A stretch of DNA of 64,000 nucleotides from contig NC_135763.1 in the NCBI RefSeq assembly GCF_052425735.1, positions 23,498,001-23,562,000 on the forward strand, written 5' to 3'. Position 1 is the first letter of the stretch. Each line of letters starts with the position of its first letter. The notes beneath the pieces were generated by a model. The model searched no databases. It was not told the origin of the DNA and worked only from the letters and a program-made list of their open reading frames with translations. Origin of the DNA: Oculina patagonica. Lineage: Eukaryota. This document shows, piece by piece, positions 12,513-26,170 of the stretch. The position numbers were made by a program, and so were the translations under genes.

Positions 12513-12817
12513 GGGGGGGGTGTAACAGTGGTCTGATGATGGTTAGTGCGCTTGACTCCGGATCGAGTGGTCCGGATTCGAGCCCTGGCAGGGGTCGCTG
12601 TTTTGTGTTCTTGGGCAAGACACTTTACTCTCACAGTGCCCCTCTCCACCCAGGTGTATATATTTAATGCTGGGGGTAACCCTGCGATGGACTAGCATCC
12701 CATCCAAGGCCTAGGGGAAGTAGAAATATTCCTTGTCGCTTCATGCTACTGATACTGGGATAAGCTTCGGCCTGATGGGCCATTTGGCTCGAAAGCAGAC
12801 TTTATTTACCTTACCTA
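12513..12817 (+). mobile_element. tRNA-derived SINE (a truncated 3' fragment of the same family lies at ~12250-12330)
   Basis: tRNA-like head (ggttagtgcgcttgactccggatcgagtggtccggattcgagccc), core gtgttcttgggcaagacactttactctcac, body gcgatggactagcatcccatcca, tail ttaccttacct. Confidence 0.8.
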
Positions 12818-13527
12818 CTAAGCAATTAAAATAAAAAAATCAAGCTATTGCGTTGTTCTACCCTTAATTTCACCCGCAAAAGGTCGGATGTTTGGCAATA
12901 ATATGAAGGTTATAAAGTTATTGTCAAACTAACATTCGTTATTAAAGCGACGTTCTGATGGCTTTCGCTGCGGCCACAATTTGTCCTTATGTCGCTTAAT
13001 AACGTCAGTATTAGTAAGTTTAAGTGAGATGACACCGATCGAAAAGGCGACCTGATTAGAATAACAATTAAATATACGGAGAGGCAACAGCTCTCCTATA
13101 TAGCTTTTGGCTACAATCTTAACTGCATAACCGGTTAGATAAAATTACATAAAAAAGGACATTGCAGACTTACCAGAATTCATCTTGAAAGACTTTCTCG
13201 CTGTATATACTGAGTGGGTGATTCGAATGCGCATAACATTGCAATAATTAAGGGCCCCTATCGTAACGAGACGACGAAATGTCTCGTGATTCATCCATTA
13301 CGCACAAACAACATTCTTGATTTCGCATAACAACCAGCCCGTCGTTATGCCAGAGAGTATTTTAAATAGGTTGATGCTTTATCCTAGGGATGGGTATTTG
13401 TGAATTTTTTTTAATACCACGATCCAGTTGGAAAACATAAAAAAACTTTTGGGAAGGACAATGTTCCGGGAACAAACTGTCACGCATTCACATAAACAAG
13501 TCAACATGCTTCCATAGTGGCTAAACT

Positions 13528-13603
13528 TAGCCTGCGAATACAGCCACCTCCCATTCGCACGTAGTAGCGGGAGCGAATGAGAGGCGGCTGTATTCGCAGG
13601 CTA
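13528..13603. mobile_element. 76-bp foldback MITE with TAG...CTA ends and 9-bp TSD
   Basis: TAGCCTGCGAATACAGCC / GGCTGTATTCGCAGGCTA. Flanks GGCTAAACT / GGCTGAACT (1 mismatch). Confidence 0.85.
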
Positions 13604-15333
13604 GGCTGAACTGGGGCAACATATGTTTCGAAAGCAAAATTTGTGTCCGGGAAGCAAAACTGTTTTTTGAAGCAAAATTTGTTTTCGCAACATATGACCT
13701 GGGAAACATTTGCGTCCGCAACAATTATGCTTTCTTTGCCTTATCCCGTTCCCATGCCTTAACGTTAAAATGCCGGTAGGGACTTCAATTAGGGGGGAAG
13801 GTTGTTCCAGACGTATGATATCGTATTGTTCTTCCGATTAGTTCAATAAAGTTTCATACGATCAAAGCATACTGTGTAGCAGAAAGTGCCAAAGACGTTT
13901 TAAGCGTCTTTTTAGTGATTTTTACTGAAGATATTTATGATGGAGGGAAAACGAATGGGAGCAAATAAAATTAATAGGGAAAGTTAAGATTTCACGAAAA
14001 CTTAAACTTTGAAGTATCGAAGTTTACAATTAGATGGACACCTTATGGAGTACCTTGCTAGAAACCAGTTGTTCTCTTGTGTAGGAGTATCTAGTCTATT
14101 TGGTCACGTTCGCATTTTGCATTTTAAAAATTTATTTTTTTTTGCTATTTAATTTCCGCCATGTATTCTCTTATAACACTTCCTTTACCGGATTAAAGCG
14201 AAATCCATGATCGACCACGAGACAAATGCATCGGGTAACATTTGGGGAAATAATAATAAGTTCTTGTTATTTTGGTGTCTCGTTTTATTTTTTATGTTAC
14301 ATTGTTATGTTAAGTTCCCATGACGACGTATTTTTTGACCTTGACCGTGCTGGCCATGAGACCTAAACACCTGGGCACAAAAGACAATGACAACGGAAAT
14401 TTAGCCATTTTAAGACAACTTCCCCTTTTCAACAAAACATCAAGACCAAGATCTGCTTTGTCTAGTAGACAAATGATTAGGTTAATGACATTCAACTCCG
14501 TAAATCACTTCTTTCTGACTAAAAAGTTTTAGAGAGACGGTCAAGAAATAAAGCAGTTTTAATTTCCTTTATGAAATACCCGAGAAACTACTGCTCTTGT
14601 GTGCTTAAGTTTGTCACGTCGTTTTTCAATCTGTCAAAAAATTAAAAATGCACAGGTGCCCTGTGTACTTTAACTGCTGCTCTGTGTAATTAATCACCCG
14701 AAAGACTCCTGCTCTCTTCTGAGACGAAATGAAGAAATTTCGACAGCGACATGTGGACCATTCCAAATTGCGACATGATAAGCTTCAAAATCCAGACGGG
14801 AGCCGTGCGCTTGGCATATCAACCCTAACAGAACCTCAGAAGTATTATAACAAAGTGCGAGAAGTCACGATTATCGCAAAGTGCGGCGGAACACCTTGGG
14901 TAAGGAATCACTTTTCTATATAATACCATAAAAGGGGCAGCTAGTGTCACCAACATTTGGCGCTTCTTGAAAATCCACTTGTTCTTTAATGCGGGTTTTA
15001 CTGTATGCCAAAGTTTCAGCTTCTAGAGAATTGCCTTTACCAGCGGAAACCCATGAAATTCCGTAAAAAGTTCAAGAATAAGTTTACTAAATGACAGGAG
15101 TATACCACAACGTGCTGAAGGAACAACAAAGCCTTAAAACAGAGGACAACTCGCCCAAAAAGAATACCGAAACAAAAGTCGCTGTAAAAAAAGAAACACC
15201 CCTCTGCAACAGACCTGGTGAAACCTTGTTGTTGCGATAAAATTCTTTACATAATCGAGCATCCGTGCTGAAAGTTTAAAGAAAATCTATCGAGCCGTTT
15301 TATAGATTTTTCAAAAAGCGCTTAAAAAGTTCG

Positions 15334-16673
15334 GCCGGTTGATTCAAACGTCGAACTGTTCATGTGCCGAACTCATTCTGCGAACAGAGGAAAACAATGA
15401 ATTCTCCAGTTGCACACTTAATGCAACAAATAAGAACACTGTTTAATGGATGAGCATATCACTTTGTGGTTTGAAATGAAATACAAACAGCAGTTTTTAA
15501 CTCGGAAAAGAGTTGTAGTGGGCAAGTGAATTCCCTCCATCACTCCTTCACTCGTTTCCTGTTAGACATATGCACGCAATGCGTGCAAGTGTTTTAAGGC
15601 CTCTAGAGAATTAGACCTTTTCTCTGATACCTACATTTCTTGTTAGATTACATAAAATTAACATGCTTAGTCACCAACCGAAATATTGTATTAATGTCAG
15701 TTTTCTTGAAATAACATTATGATATTTATTCAGCTATAAGCCGAGACCGTAAACCTTTGGTTTTTTAGAACCAGTTAGAAAAAAACTAACCCAACACTCA
15801 GCTAAAGATGAATTTATTTCAGTACGATTTGGTGAAAAAAAATCGCTCGACTTATAGCCAATGATATTATTATTATTATTTTTCGTTACCTTCAAATAAC
15901 AAAAAGGAAAAATAAAAAGAAAGAAATCAATTTGCAACAGATGGGAACTCTATCTCTTGGCCTTTCGGTCTGCTCTCGATCAGTATTTGATGACAATCAA
16001 AGTGAAGTAAACAGAAGTTTGGAAAGTTTAATATCATTTGTATTAGCAAACCTTTATTTGTCAGTTTGTTGTTTTCGATTCTTGTTTCATAATAACTTTT
16101 CCGAGTTTAGTGGCTTATAGCCACTTTTAGTTATTAAAGTACAGTCGCCAGGCTGGCCAGGCTTCGGTTAAATTTCTTCAATATCGATCAATTCGGTAAA
16201 TTTAACTGCTACCTTTAGCTTCTAGTCTTGTTTTTGTTTCCTTTTATTAAGAAGATATATTTAAAAGCAAAAGTCGAAACAGGATGCGAATGCAATCCGA
16301 TAATACAGAGTTTGAACGTTCGAAATCGCGCAATCTTGATTATTTACCGATCCGAGCGTTTCGTCGCGCCTAAATGTTATGCATGACCGCTTCCATGGCA
16401 GCTCACTCGCCAATCAAAAACCTTCTTATATTTACAAATGTATTAACGTAATTTATGCATTAGGTTCGGTACATGAAAAGTTCGACGTTTGAATCGGTGT
16501 TGCTCCGCAGTCGCTCCACAGTCGATCTGACCGAGTGGCCATGTCGAACTTAATTCTTGGGTCGACCCAAATTACATCTGTCGAACTTAATTGATTCAAA
16601 CGTCGATCTCTTTATGTACTTAATTGAGGCTATTAGGTTCGGTACATGAGAAGTTCGACGTTTGAACCGGGCC
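15334..16673. mobile_element. Non-autonomous DNA transposon remnant with inverted subterminal repeats
   Basis: ttcaaacgtcgaactgttcatgtgccgaac (15342) is inverted relative to gttcggtacatga(a/g)aagttcgacgtttgaa (16463, 16637). The left end looks imperfect. Confidence 0.65.
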
Positions 16674-17187
16674 TGAGATTACTTCGTCTACGTAGTGTTT
16701 GTGTCCCGGCTTATTTACTATCGCTACGCAAAAAGTACTATGTCAATCTGAAACATGTTTGCGATTTATTCGAAATCAAACATACAGAATTTTTTATTCT
16801 TGAATATTTCATTTGCAGTACATCATAGTTTAAGATGCTGGTATTAGTTTTTAAGCGGCAAATCTGATTCAGGCAAAAATCAGGGGGTGTTACTAAACAG
16901 AGTAACGAGTAACGGAGTAACTTACTCCGTTACTCGTTACTCCGTTACTCTGTAGAAACGGAGTAACGGGAAAAATTTTCAATAGGCTAAACAATCGAAA
17001 TTATGTAAAATCAATACAAAAATACTAAAAATGCAAAAATAATTTAAAAAATCAGATCTTTAGATTAATTTTATCGATAATATGACTATTTGTTGAAATG
17101 AAATACACGGCGGCCAGGGATTATTCATAAAAATATCTTTTTCATAAAAGTTTCTCCAATTTCTGGGGAACACGCTTGCTACGGGAA

Positions 17188-20100
17188 GGCCGGGATGTAT
17201 TGCAGTATTTGGATTATCCAGAGACGTAACAGACAAAACTTGCTCCAATAGTAGACTTTACTTCCAAGAATGCAACCAAAGAATATTTTACAAGGCACTT
17301 ATATTTATACTATTTAAACTGTATCGAGTCACTTTAATTCAAACTGATTTTCCTTTGCATATACACCTTTTTTAAGATTACTAAACGTGTTAAAAGCTTT
17401 CCGTCAGCAAATCGGACCTCGTTAATTAATCTCTTTCAAGCCATTCAAAAGGCAATCAGTGATATCCACTTTATTTGAAAGAAATAGTAGTTTTCTTTTG
17501 TATTTTATGATGAATTCTATCCGATGATCCGCAAAATGCCTAGACAGCCATCAATACGTGCTCTCAATTAGTGACCAGCTTTTGTCGATAAACAAGTTTA
17601 TTTTGTACGGAAAGATCAGTCTATGTTTGTCCATGCTTTGGAGATTTAACATCGACTTTCATTCGCTGACGGCATTGTGTAACTTTTTAGCTCCATCTGC
17701 ACTTGATAAATTATTGGTAAGAGATGTTTGACTTTACTATTTATTCCGATATTCTGCAAGTTAACAGACAAAAGTTGCTCCAATAGTAAACTTTACTTCC
17801 AAGAATGCAACCAAATAATATTTTACAAGGCACTTCTATTTATACTCTAACTAGGGATGCCATTTTCGAAACATAAACAAACTTTCCTTAGATCCACTGG
17901 CCGTCGTTAATCCTAGGTTTGAAACATTTATTACTTATCGATACTTACAAAACCGCGCATGTGGATTACAGTTTTCTACAGGTTGTAATTAAACACTTTT
18001 TTTATAATTAAGATTACACGGACAATAAACACAAGGGCAGGTACTAGTTTGGCTAATGAACTAAAGCGTTATCTTGCCAAAACAATATTTCTACGTTGGA
18101 TTTTTTATATATTTCTAACAGCTAGCTTGTAAACAAATAAAACTTAACCATCGTAATTTCTCTCCTAACATAAGGCCGTCCCCCTTTTTTTCTCCGTTTA
18201 CCGTCGAGTGCGTTTTCTAATTTTGGGTCAGCCGGTTGGATTAAAGGCCGGGATCTATTGCAGTATTTGGATTATCCAGAGACGTAACAGACAAAACTTG
18301 CTCTAATAGTAGACTTTACTTCCAAGAATGCAACCAAAGAATATTTTACAAGGCACTTATATTTATACTATTTAAACTGTATCGAGTCACTTTAATTTAA
18401 ACTGATTTCCCTGATTTTCCTTTGCATATACACCTTTTTTAAGATTACTAAACGTGTTAAAAGCTTTCCGTCAGCAAATCGGACCTCGTTAATTAATCTC
18501 TTTCAAGCCATTCAATAGGCAATCAGTGATATCCACTTTATTTGAAAGAAATAGTAGTTTTCTTTTGTATTTTATGATGAATTCTATCCGATGATCCGCA
18601 AAATGCCTAGACAGCCATCAATACGTGCTCTCAATTAGTGACCAGCTTTTGTCGATAAACAAGTTTATTTTGTACGGAAAGATCAGTCTATGTTTGTCCA
18701 TGCTTTGGAGATTTAACATCGACTTTCATTCGCTGACGGCATTGTGTAACTTTTTAGCTCCATCTGCACTTGATAAATTATTGGTAAGAGATGTTTGACT
18801 TTACTATTTATTCCGATATTCTGCAAGTTAACAGACAAAAGTTGCTCCAATAGTAAACTTTACTTCCAAGAATGCAACCAAATAATATTTTACAAGGCAC
18901 TTCTATTTATACTCTAACTAGGGATGCCATTTTCGAAACATAAACAAACTTTCCTTAGATCCACTGGCCGTCGTTAATCCTAGGTTTGAAACATTTATTA
19001 CTTATCGATACTTACAAAACCGCGCATGTGGATTACAGTTTTCTACAGGTTGTAATTAAACACTTTTTTTATAATTAAGATTACACGGACAATAAACACA
19101 AGGGCAGGTACTAGTTTGGCTAATGAACTAAAGCGTTATCTTGCCAAAACAATATTTCTACGTTGGAGTTTTTATATATTTCTAACAGCTAGCTTGTAAA
19201 CAAATAAAACTTAACCATCGTAATTTCTCTCCTAACATAAGGCCGTCCCCCTTTTTTTCTCCGTTTACCGTCGAGTGCGTTTTCTAATTTTGGGTCAGTC
19301 GGTTGGATTAAAGGCCGGGATGTATTGCAGTATTTGGATTATCCAGAGACGTAACAGACAAAACTTGCTCCAATAGTAGACTTTACTTCCAAGAATGCAA
19401 CCAAAGAATATTTTACAAGGCACTTATATTTATACTATTTAAACTGTATCGAGTCACTTTAATTCAAACTGATTTTCCTTTGCATATACACCTTTTTTAA
19501 GATTACTAAACGTGTTAAAAGCTTTCCGTCAGCAAATCGGACCTCGCTAATTAATCTCTTTCAAGCCATTCAAAAGGCAATCAGTGATATCCACTTTATT
19601 TGAAAGAAATAGTAGTTTTCTTTTGTATTTTATGATGAATTCTATCCGATGATCCGCAAAATGCCTAGACAGCCATCAATACGTGCTCTCAATTAGTGAC
19701 CAGCTTTTGTCGATAAACAAGTTTATTTTGTACGGAAAGATCAGTCTATGTTTGTCCATGCTTTGGAGATTTAACATCGACTTTCATTCGCTGACGGCAT
19801 TGCGTAACTTTTTAGCTCCATCTGCACTTGACAAATTATTGGTAAGAGATGTTTGACTTTACTATTTATTCCGATATTCTACCAGTTCAAAATTAATTCT
19901 ACAACTTGTAAACACGCCACGGGTCAAAAATATATTTTAAGATCTGAAGTGCGTTAACTTCCAGAATTCCGGCGTATGAATGGATTAGCTAAAACAAGCG
20001 CACCCGGTCGAAGAAGTGTTTAAAAAACCCAATGTGCTGGCCACACTGACCTGAATTCAATACTTCTCGCTGTTTGCAAAGTACTTTTTGAGCAGATCCT

Positions 20101-20776
20101 AAATTACGTTCTTTATTCTAGCATGCTGAGGGATCAATTTCGGCATCCCGATGGTTGATTCTAAGTGTGATAATAGGTTTTTGGCCTGGGAAAGCCCTTT
20201 TTAAAAACCTGAAGGAAAACTCCAATTTCTGGGGGAACACGCTTGCTACGGGAAGGCCGGGATCTATTGCAGTATTTGGATTATCCAGAGACGTAACAGA
20301 CAAAACTTGCTCCAATAGTAAACTTTACTTCCAAGAATGCAACCAAAGAATATTTTACAAGGCACTTCTATTTAAACTCTAACTAGGGATGCTATTTTCG
20401 AAACATAAACAAACTTTCCTTAGATCCACTGGCCGTCGTTAATCCTAGGTTTGAAACATTTATTACTTATCGATACTTACAAAACCGCGCAGGTGGATTA
20501 CAGTTTTCTACAGGTTGTAATTAAACACTTTTTTTATAATTAAGATTACACGGACAATAAACACAAGGGCAGGTACTAGTTTGGCTAATGAACTAAAGCG
20601 TTATCTTGCCAAAACAATATTTCTACGTTGGATTTTTTATATATTTCTAACAGCTAGCTTGTAAACAAATAAAACTTAACCATCGTAATTTCTCTCCTAA
20701 CATAAGGCCGTCCCCCTTTTTTTCTCCGTTTACCGTCGAGTGCGTTTTCTAATTTTGGGTCAGTCGGTTGGATTAA
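17188..20776 (+). repeat. Tandem array of ~1.06-kb non-coding units
   Basis: ggccgggat(g/c)tattgcagtatttggattatccagagacg starts at 17188, 18246, 19313 and 20255. The first two units are complete and nearly identical; the last two are partial or rearranged. Complete units hold two copies of a ~75-bp motif (taacagacaaaa...caaggcactt). Confidence 0.92.
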
Positions 20777-21916
20777 AAAAAAATCCTTAAAAAAAATCAG
20801 TGGCAATCTACTAGAACTAGGAAGCCCGATACCCAAGCATCGTTGCCGTGGTGGCTGGAAACAACGAGATGTGGTTACAAAAGCAACAGCGCGGCAATTA
20901 CGGAAGAAAAGATCGAGGTCGTGGTTAAAATCAGCTGAGAGAAGTAAAAAAAAAAGAATCACCAAAGCTTCTTGCGATCTGCCAGCATCCATAAGATTTT
21001 TTTGGAGGGGGGGGGGGGGGGGTGGGAGTGGAACGACGGTATATACTTAAAAGAAGAAAGGGAACGGTCTAACGAAACTTCGACCGTCTCTGTACGAGGC
21101 AGCTCGAAGTCAGGGAGTCGAAAAAAAAAAAAGGATTTCGACTGCCATTCCCATGCTTACAAGGGCAATGAAAATGAGGTCTTGTTCTCGGGCTATTTCT
21201 TTAGGGACACGCGTACGTTTAGTGTTTTTTTTTTTTCGTCACATCCTGTGCTTCTTCGTTGCTTTTCTTTTTTAACCCGATTCTTCCTATGCTTTTCAAT
21301 TTCAATGGTATGACATGTGTCGGAATAATCCCACGGATCTTTGGCCGTGGATGAAAGAGCCGAGAAATCTAGAAGATTCACTGTCACGATCATTAGCCGC
21401 AGTTGTTCAGCTTTTAAAATTTTTCATCCGGCGACACATCCGCCATTCTCCTTCACGATCAATGGTCAAAAGTCCGCATAATTTTGACCAATGGGAACCA
21501 GTGGAAATAGGCACTGAAACTGTGTATGTTTCCTAGGAGTGCTTTAGAAACTAACGACCCTTTTGTACAACAGCATACCCGATAACTAATGAATCAAGAA
21601 CTGAATTCCATACTTCTTGCACGGGAACAATTTTCACCGGGGAAACTTAAGTCTACACCAAAGAAAAATAAAATTGACCAGGGAGTTTTTAAAAACCAGC
21701 AGGGGCCAGGGAGGTCTTAATTCCACCAGGGAGGGCAAAAGAAACCACCAGGTCTGTTACAGAGGGGTGTTTTAGTTTTAAATCTTTTCACACCCTCCAT
21801 TGCATATATTTCCAATCACACGCTTACTCTTTTTTACATTCGTTAAAGGCTATAGTATAATAGCCAAAAGCTTATATTTTTCTTAAACTTTTTAACCAGA
21901 GAACGCTTTTTACATT
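20742..21916 (+). repeat. Upstream block of 7TM copy 1, duplicated at ~29351-30520 upstream of copy 2
   Basis: Direct sequence match from tgcgttttctaattttgggtcagtcgg to gctttttacatt. Confidence 0.88.
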
Positions 21917-23424
21917 TTTTCGACGTTTTTGCTTGTTTACAAGCTAAAATGGTAGAATAGGGGTTATGTGGACAAAATTCGAAACCACATATTTGTAAAC
22001 TCTCAAGGGACTTTTTTAATTTCTCAAGGGACTGTTTTAATTTCTCAAGGGATTACTTTCCGCTGTGGGTGATCACTTGCGATCTCGTGGAAAAAACGTG
22101 ACTTGTCACATTTACAAACGTTATATAACAATTTTAAAAGTGACATGTCAGCTTTCTTATCTCAACGCACGTGTGTCTGAAAGGCGATCTATAAAAAGCG
22201 TCGCACTAACAATGGATTGCGTAACTAAAACACGAATAAATAATCACTAGCACTTACATCGTTTAAAAATTACAAACGTCAAAAATAAACCATACCAAAA
22301 AACTCGCTCTTTTCAAAGATATTATTGAAGTTAAAACAAATGCAAGAGTTGGGGGCTTCTTTTAGCTTAGGAGCGGTTTAAAATTAGGCCAAATTTGGTC
22401 GCTACATGCAAGCGCCATTCTATTTCGTCATTAGCCTAGGTCGTTAGGGACGAGACCTCGCGTTGACAGCAATGTTGCATGAATCGGCTTTACAACATGC
22501 GATCGTATCTACGCAGTTCGAGTGGAATTTCAGTCAAAGACAGCAAAATTCTTTCGTATTTCATCTTCAAATATGGCGAAAGCATTCACTGTATATATGG
22601 CTTTTGTTTAATCCTGGGTCTTGATATCCGACCCTCGCAGAGCCTAGACAAAACGCAGCTTGAGTGTAACGATTTGTTTACGCCGCAATTATATGCGCAA
22701 TGTTTTCTCCGACAGTAGTCGGAAATATCCGTATTTTTTTTCGTGCTTTTTCGTGGAGCAATCGTAACGATACGGCCTTGAACACATTGAACAGCGGTCT
22801 ACCTATAACAATTCAAATATGGCGTCGCAAAAACAAAGCGTCGAACGCATATTTTGGTGTTTCATTTGCTAATTTCGCTGCCGTAATCGACTGCCTCGAA
22901 AGGTCCTTGCAATTTTAAAGTATAGAATTGTCAGATCTCGGTAAAATTTGCACTATTTATTTGTGTAATGTTAAGGAATATGTGTATAAATACCTGGCGC
23001 GGACGAGCCATTTTTGACAAAATTATATGGCTGCATTTCCTCCGCGAAGATAGGAAATTGTTAAACTAAACTACAAAGAAACTGTGATGATAAGTTCGAA
23101 GAACAATGCACAGGATAAACCTTCGACTCATACTTCATGCAAAAACGTCGATATCTCGAAGAGACTTTGATTTTATTATGTCATATCCTGGTTACAGTTC
23201 AATCTTTAAGGGTATGGGGTCACCCTACCAACATAGCATTGAGACTAGCGAGGGGGGGGGGGGGGAATATTCGGCAGCTGTTAATCGCTCACGAAAGTTG
23301 AATTACTTTTCATACTATAAGTAATATAATATATTAAACGTCGGAACCATATTGTTTTTCTTGTTTAGAGCTACGGTTGAGCTGATTCATCGAGAGGTTT
23401 ACACAGAACACGATCATCACGACC

Positions 23425-24264
23425 ATGAATCCAAGTTATATGTTCTTGATGGCGCTTCACCTTGTTGGAGTTTTGTTTAACATACGAATGTTGGCAAGCT
23501 GCTTCAAAGACAAGGCGAAATACACAATTCTTCAAAGATGCAGGCCAGTCATGATAACTCAGTGCATTCTTCATCTCTCTCTTCTCGCGTTGAATGCCAA
23601 CGAAGTTACAAAAACTTTCAGTAGCGAACAGGGACATGAATGGTGCGGAACTACCAGCGTTCTGATGACTTCAGTGGGTTTTCTTATGATTTACAACCTG
23701 TTGGCGATTCTAGCTATAGAATATCACACCATAGTCGGCCTTAAGCGCGAGGTTTCTACCAAAGTAGCCATGTTAGGAACATTTATTGCGGGGGTAATAA
23801 GCTGTGGGATGTTATTATGGGCCGGCGCTGTCTCGACGTCAGAACTTTGCGTGTCTTACCTAGCTTCAAGCGTTGCCTGCACACTGATGATGTTTCTACT
23901 GTTATTGTTAGCCTTCAGGATTTGTACGCAAACCGCTCACGACTCAGCCAAGACATCAACGGATGAAGCGTCCCTTTGGCTCAGTATCTTGAGCAAAATC
24001 AAGATTGCTGTATTTTTGACAGTGTTTTGCATTGTTTTTGAGGTATTAAGCATCGTGTTTACCAGCATTCGTGCTCAAGAAAGCATTGCACAGTTTCAAG
24101 AATCCAGATTCTTCCAAAAGGTTTTTTATCTAAACATAATTTGGTTTGCAGTAGGAATAGCTCTTCCTGTAATTTTTCGACAGTTTATTGATTCAAACGC
24201 GGCTAATGCCAAAGTAATCACTGACGAAAATCGTTACAGTGCGAATATAACAATTTCAGTGTAA
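23425..24264 (+). CDS. Atypical class A (rhodopsin-like) 7TM receptor, copy 1, 279 aa, intronless
   Basis: Seven hydrophobic segments. TM1 GVLFN; WC at the top of TM3; TM3 end NLLAILAIEYH at the DRY position; ECL2 Cys (ELC); TM7 LPVIF at the NPxxY position. Confidence 0.75.
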   Translation: MNPSYMFLMALHLVGVLFNIRMLASCFKDKAKYTILQRCRPVMITQCILHLSLLALNANEVTKTFSSEQGHEWCGTTSVLMTSVGFLMIYNLLAILAIEYHTIVGLKREVSTKVAMLGTFIAGVISCGMLLWAGAVSTSELCVSYLASSVACTLMMFLLLLLAFRICTQTAHDSAKTSTDEASLWLSILSKIKIAVFLTVFCIVFEVLSIVFTSIRAQESIAQFQESRFFQKVFYLNIIWFAVGIALPVIFRQFIDSNAANAKVITDENRYSANITISV

Positions 24265-24600
24265 AATTTTAAGAAATTTGAATATTTATTATATTCATTC
24301 AGGGACCAAAAATCTGGTACAGTGCGAATATAACGATTTCAATGTATAATAACCGTAAATCCACTAATAGTAGCCTAGCCTTTCCAAAATGTACTGTACT
24401 AGCCATGAAAATTGTTACATAGTGGTGTGGTTGGATTGGTAGGAAAGAGGTGGCCTATAATGAATGAAATACTTTATTATAGTGTCGAGGTATTTAGCTT
24501 AACAAAACTAATTGGGGACACTATTTACATTACAATATATCTAAGCTATTTAAAGTTAAAATATTTACACTTAAATTCTAAGAAAAAAAAAGAACCGTAC

Positions 24601-24860
24601 TACATAGATAAATAAATAAATAAATGAATGAATAAATAAATAAATGACAATAGAATATAAAATTTTATAATAAAAGTAGGGAGTAAAAGTAGGTGAAAGA
24701 TCCTAGCTGCATATGTCACATTTACACTCAGTTTGTATAAGACGTGTGAGGTCTTTTCTCCCAATACTGTTTTAAAACTCGTGACATTAGGTTTCTCTCT
24801 ATCACTGTAGTCTAGTTTGTTCCATAGATAAGGCCCGAAATATCGTAAAGACCTCAAATG
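24601..24860 (-). mobile_element. 3' end of a CR1/L2-like LINE with a (TTTA)n tail (copies at ~43143-43420 and ~53797-54085)
   Basis: Minus-strand translation LRSLRYFGPYLWNKL...SFK..., typical of CR1/L2 ORF2 C-termini, followed by a short UTR and a simple-repeat tail. Confidence 0.7.
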
Positions 24861-25979
24861 TCAATAACTAGTATTAATTGGAAATAAGTGGAGTGCGTTC
24901 GGAAGGGTGGGGTAATTTGGGGGCCGGGGGAGGGGGGAGGAGGCAGGGAAAGCCGTAGGTAAGGAGTGGGAAGCATGATATTATGTTTTCATTTTCTCTT
25001 GATATTTGAGGTCTGTCCATACAGAAAATGTATGACTTTGCTGAAGCTTATGAAACCTGATCTGCTTGTACCAACCCATCTTTCTAATGCATAAGAGAAG
25101 AATACCGGTAAAACCTTTTGATTGTGCCAAGCGAAGTGGCTAAAGGTCTTTAATGAATCCAAATAGGGTACAATGTATATCTAGTAGATACTCTGGAAAA
25201 TGTTTGTAAAGTTATTTGTAACATTTACAAATAAAAAATGTAGCCATTCCAAACATTTTGATACCAGTCCATTAGGAACTGGTTTTTGTTTCCTTACAAT
25301 CATAAAATACAATAGATGTGTTGAAAGAAATTTTGGGGTTTGTAAAGTAACTCAACAGTAATTCAAAATGACTCAACAACTTGAAATAGTCTGCATTCAT
25401 CTTGTCAATGCTTAGTGGCCGAAGGGAATTTGGTATATTATAGAGTCTCACAAGTCTGTATGCAGAGAGAAGTCGAATCTGTTAAGCAAAGCAGCTGAGT
25501 TGACACATCACAACTCGGTGTCGTCACCGAGGCGAATTGCAGCGTCTGTTTCCTAGAAAACAAACCACTACACAGCTTTCTAATTTTCTGATAAGTAGCT
25601 TTAGTCATATATTTTGCTACTGATACTTCGAATAAATAGTTACAACTTCACTTACCTTGGAGAAAACTGCGAAAAATATTCGAAATAAGCGAAGGCAAAG
25701 GAACAAAGAAAACACACACGAAACTCCGCACATGCATATGAAGCGATTTTTTTTCTGTCGTTTTTAGTTCTTCAATATGTATATAAAAACACTGTAAACA
25801 TTAAAATTCTACTGAACAAAGATTCGAGCGAATTTTGTGGCTATAAAATACTGTTTTTCTGTCAAAAAAGTGTCCGGAGACTGGGTCGAGTTGATATTGC
25901 GAAATCCTGGCTGTGACGTCACCTTGGTGGTAGCTTGGTTGCGAAGGTTTTGTTTACAGTAAGCGCTGAGTAAGGAAAT

Positions 25980-26170
25980 ATGTCGAGTGACAGTTGTAGT
26001 GATTTGGAATTTAGCGTGACTTACGACTCTTCGAGTAGCGAAGAGAGTGAAGAAGAAACAGATGAAGAAGAGTACAATTTAGTTTGTAGCCGGTTTGCCC
26101 CTTACGAAGACGAACCACTCGCGGGAGAAGACGAAGATTACGATCAAGACGAAGAGGACGATGAAATAGA
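25980..26170 (+). pseudogene. Truncated acidic ORF fragment, possibly a transposon accessory gene
   Basis: MSSDSCSDLEF...EEEY...APYEDEPLAGEDED...; D/E-rich with a PYxxEP motif, then runs into a minisatellite. Confidence 0.35.
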
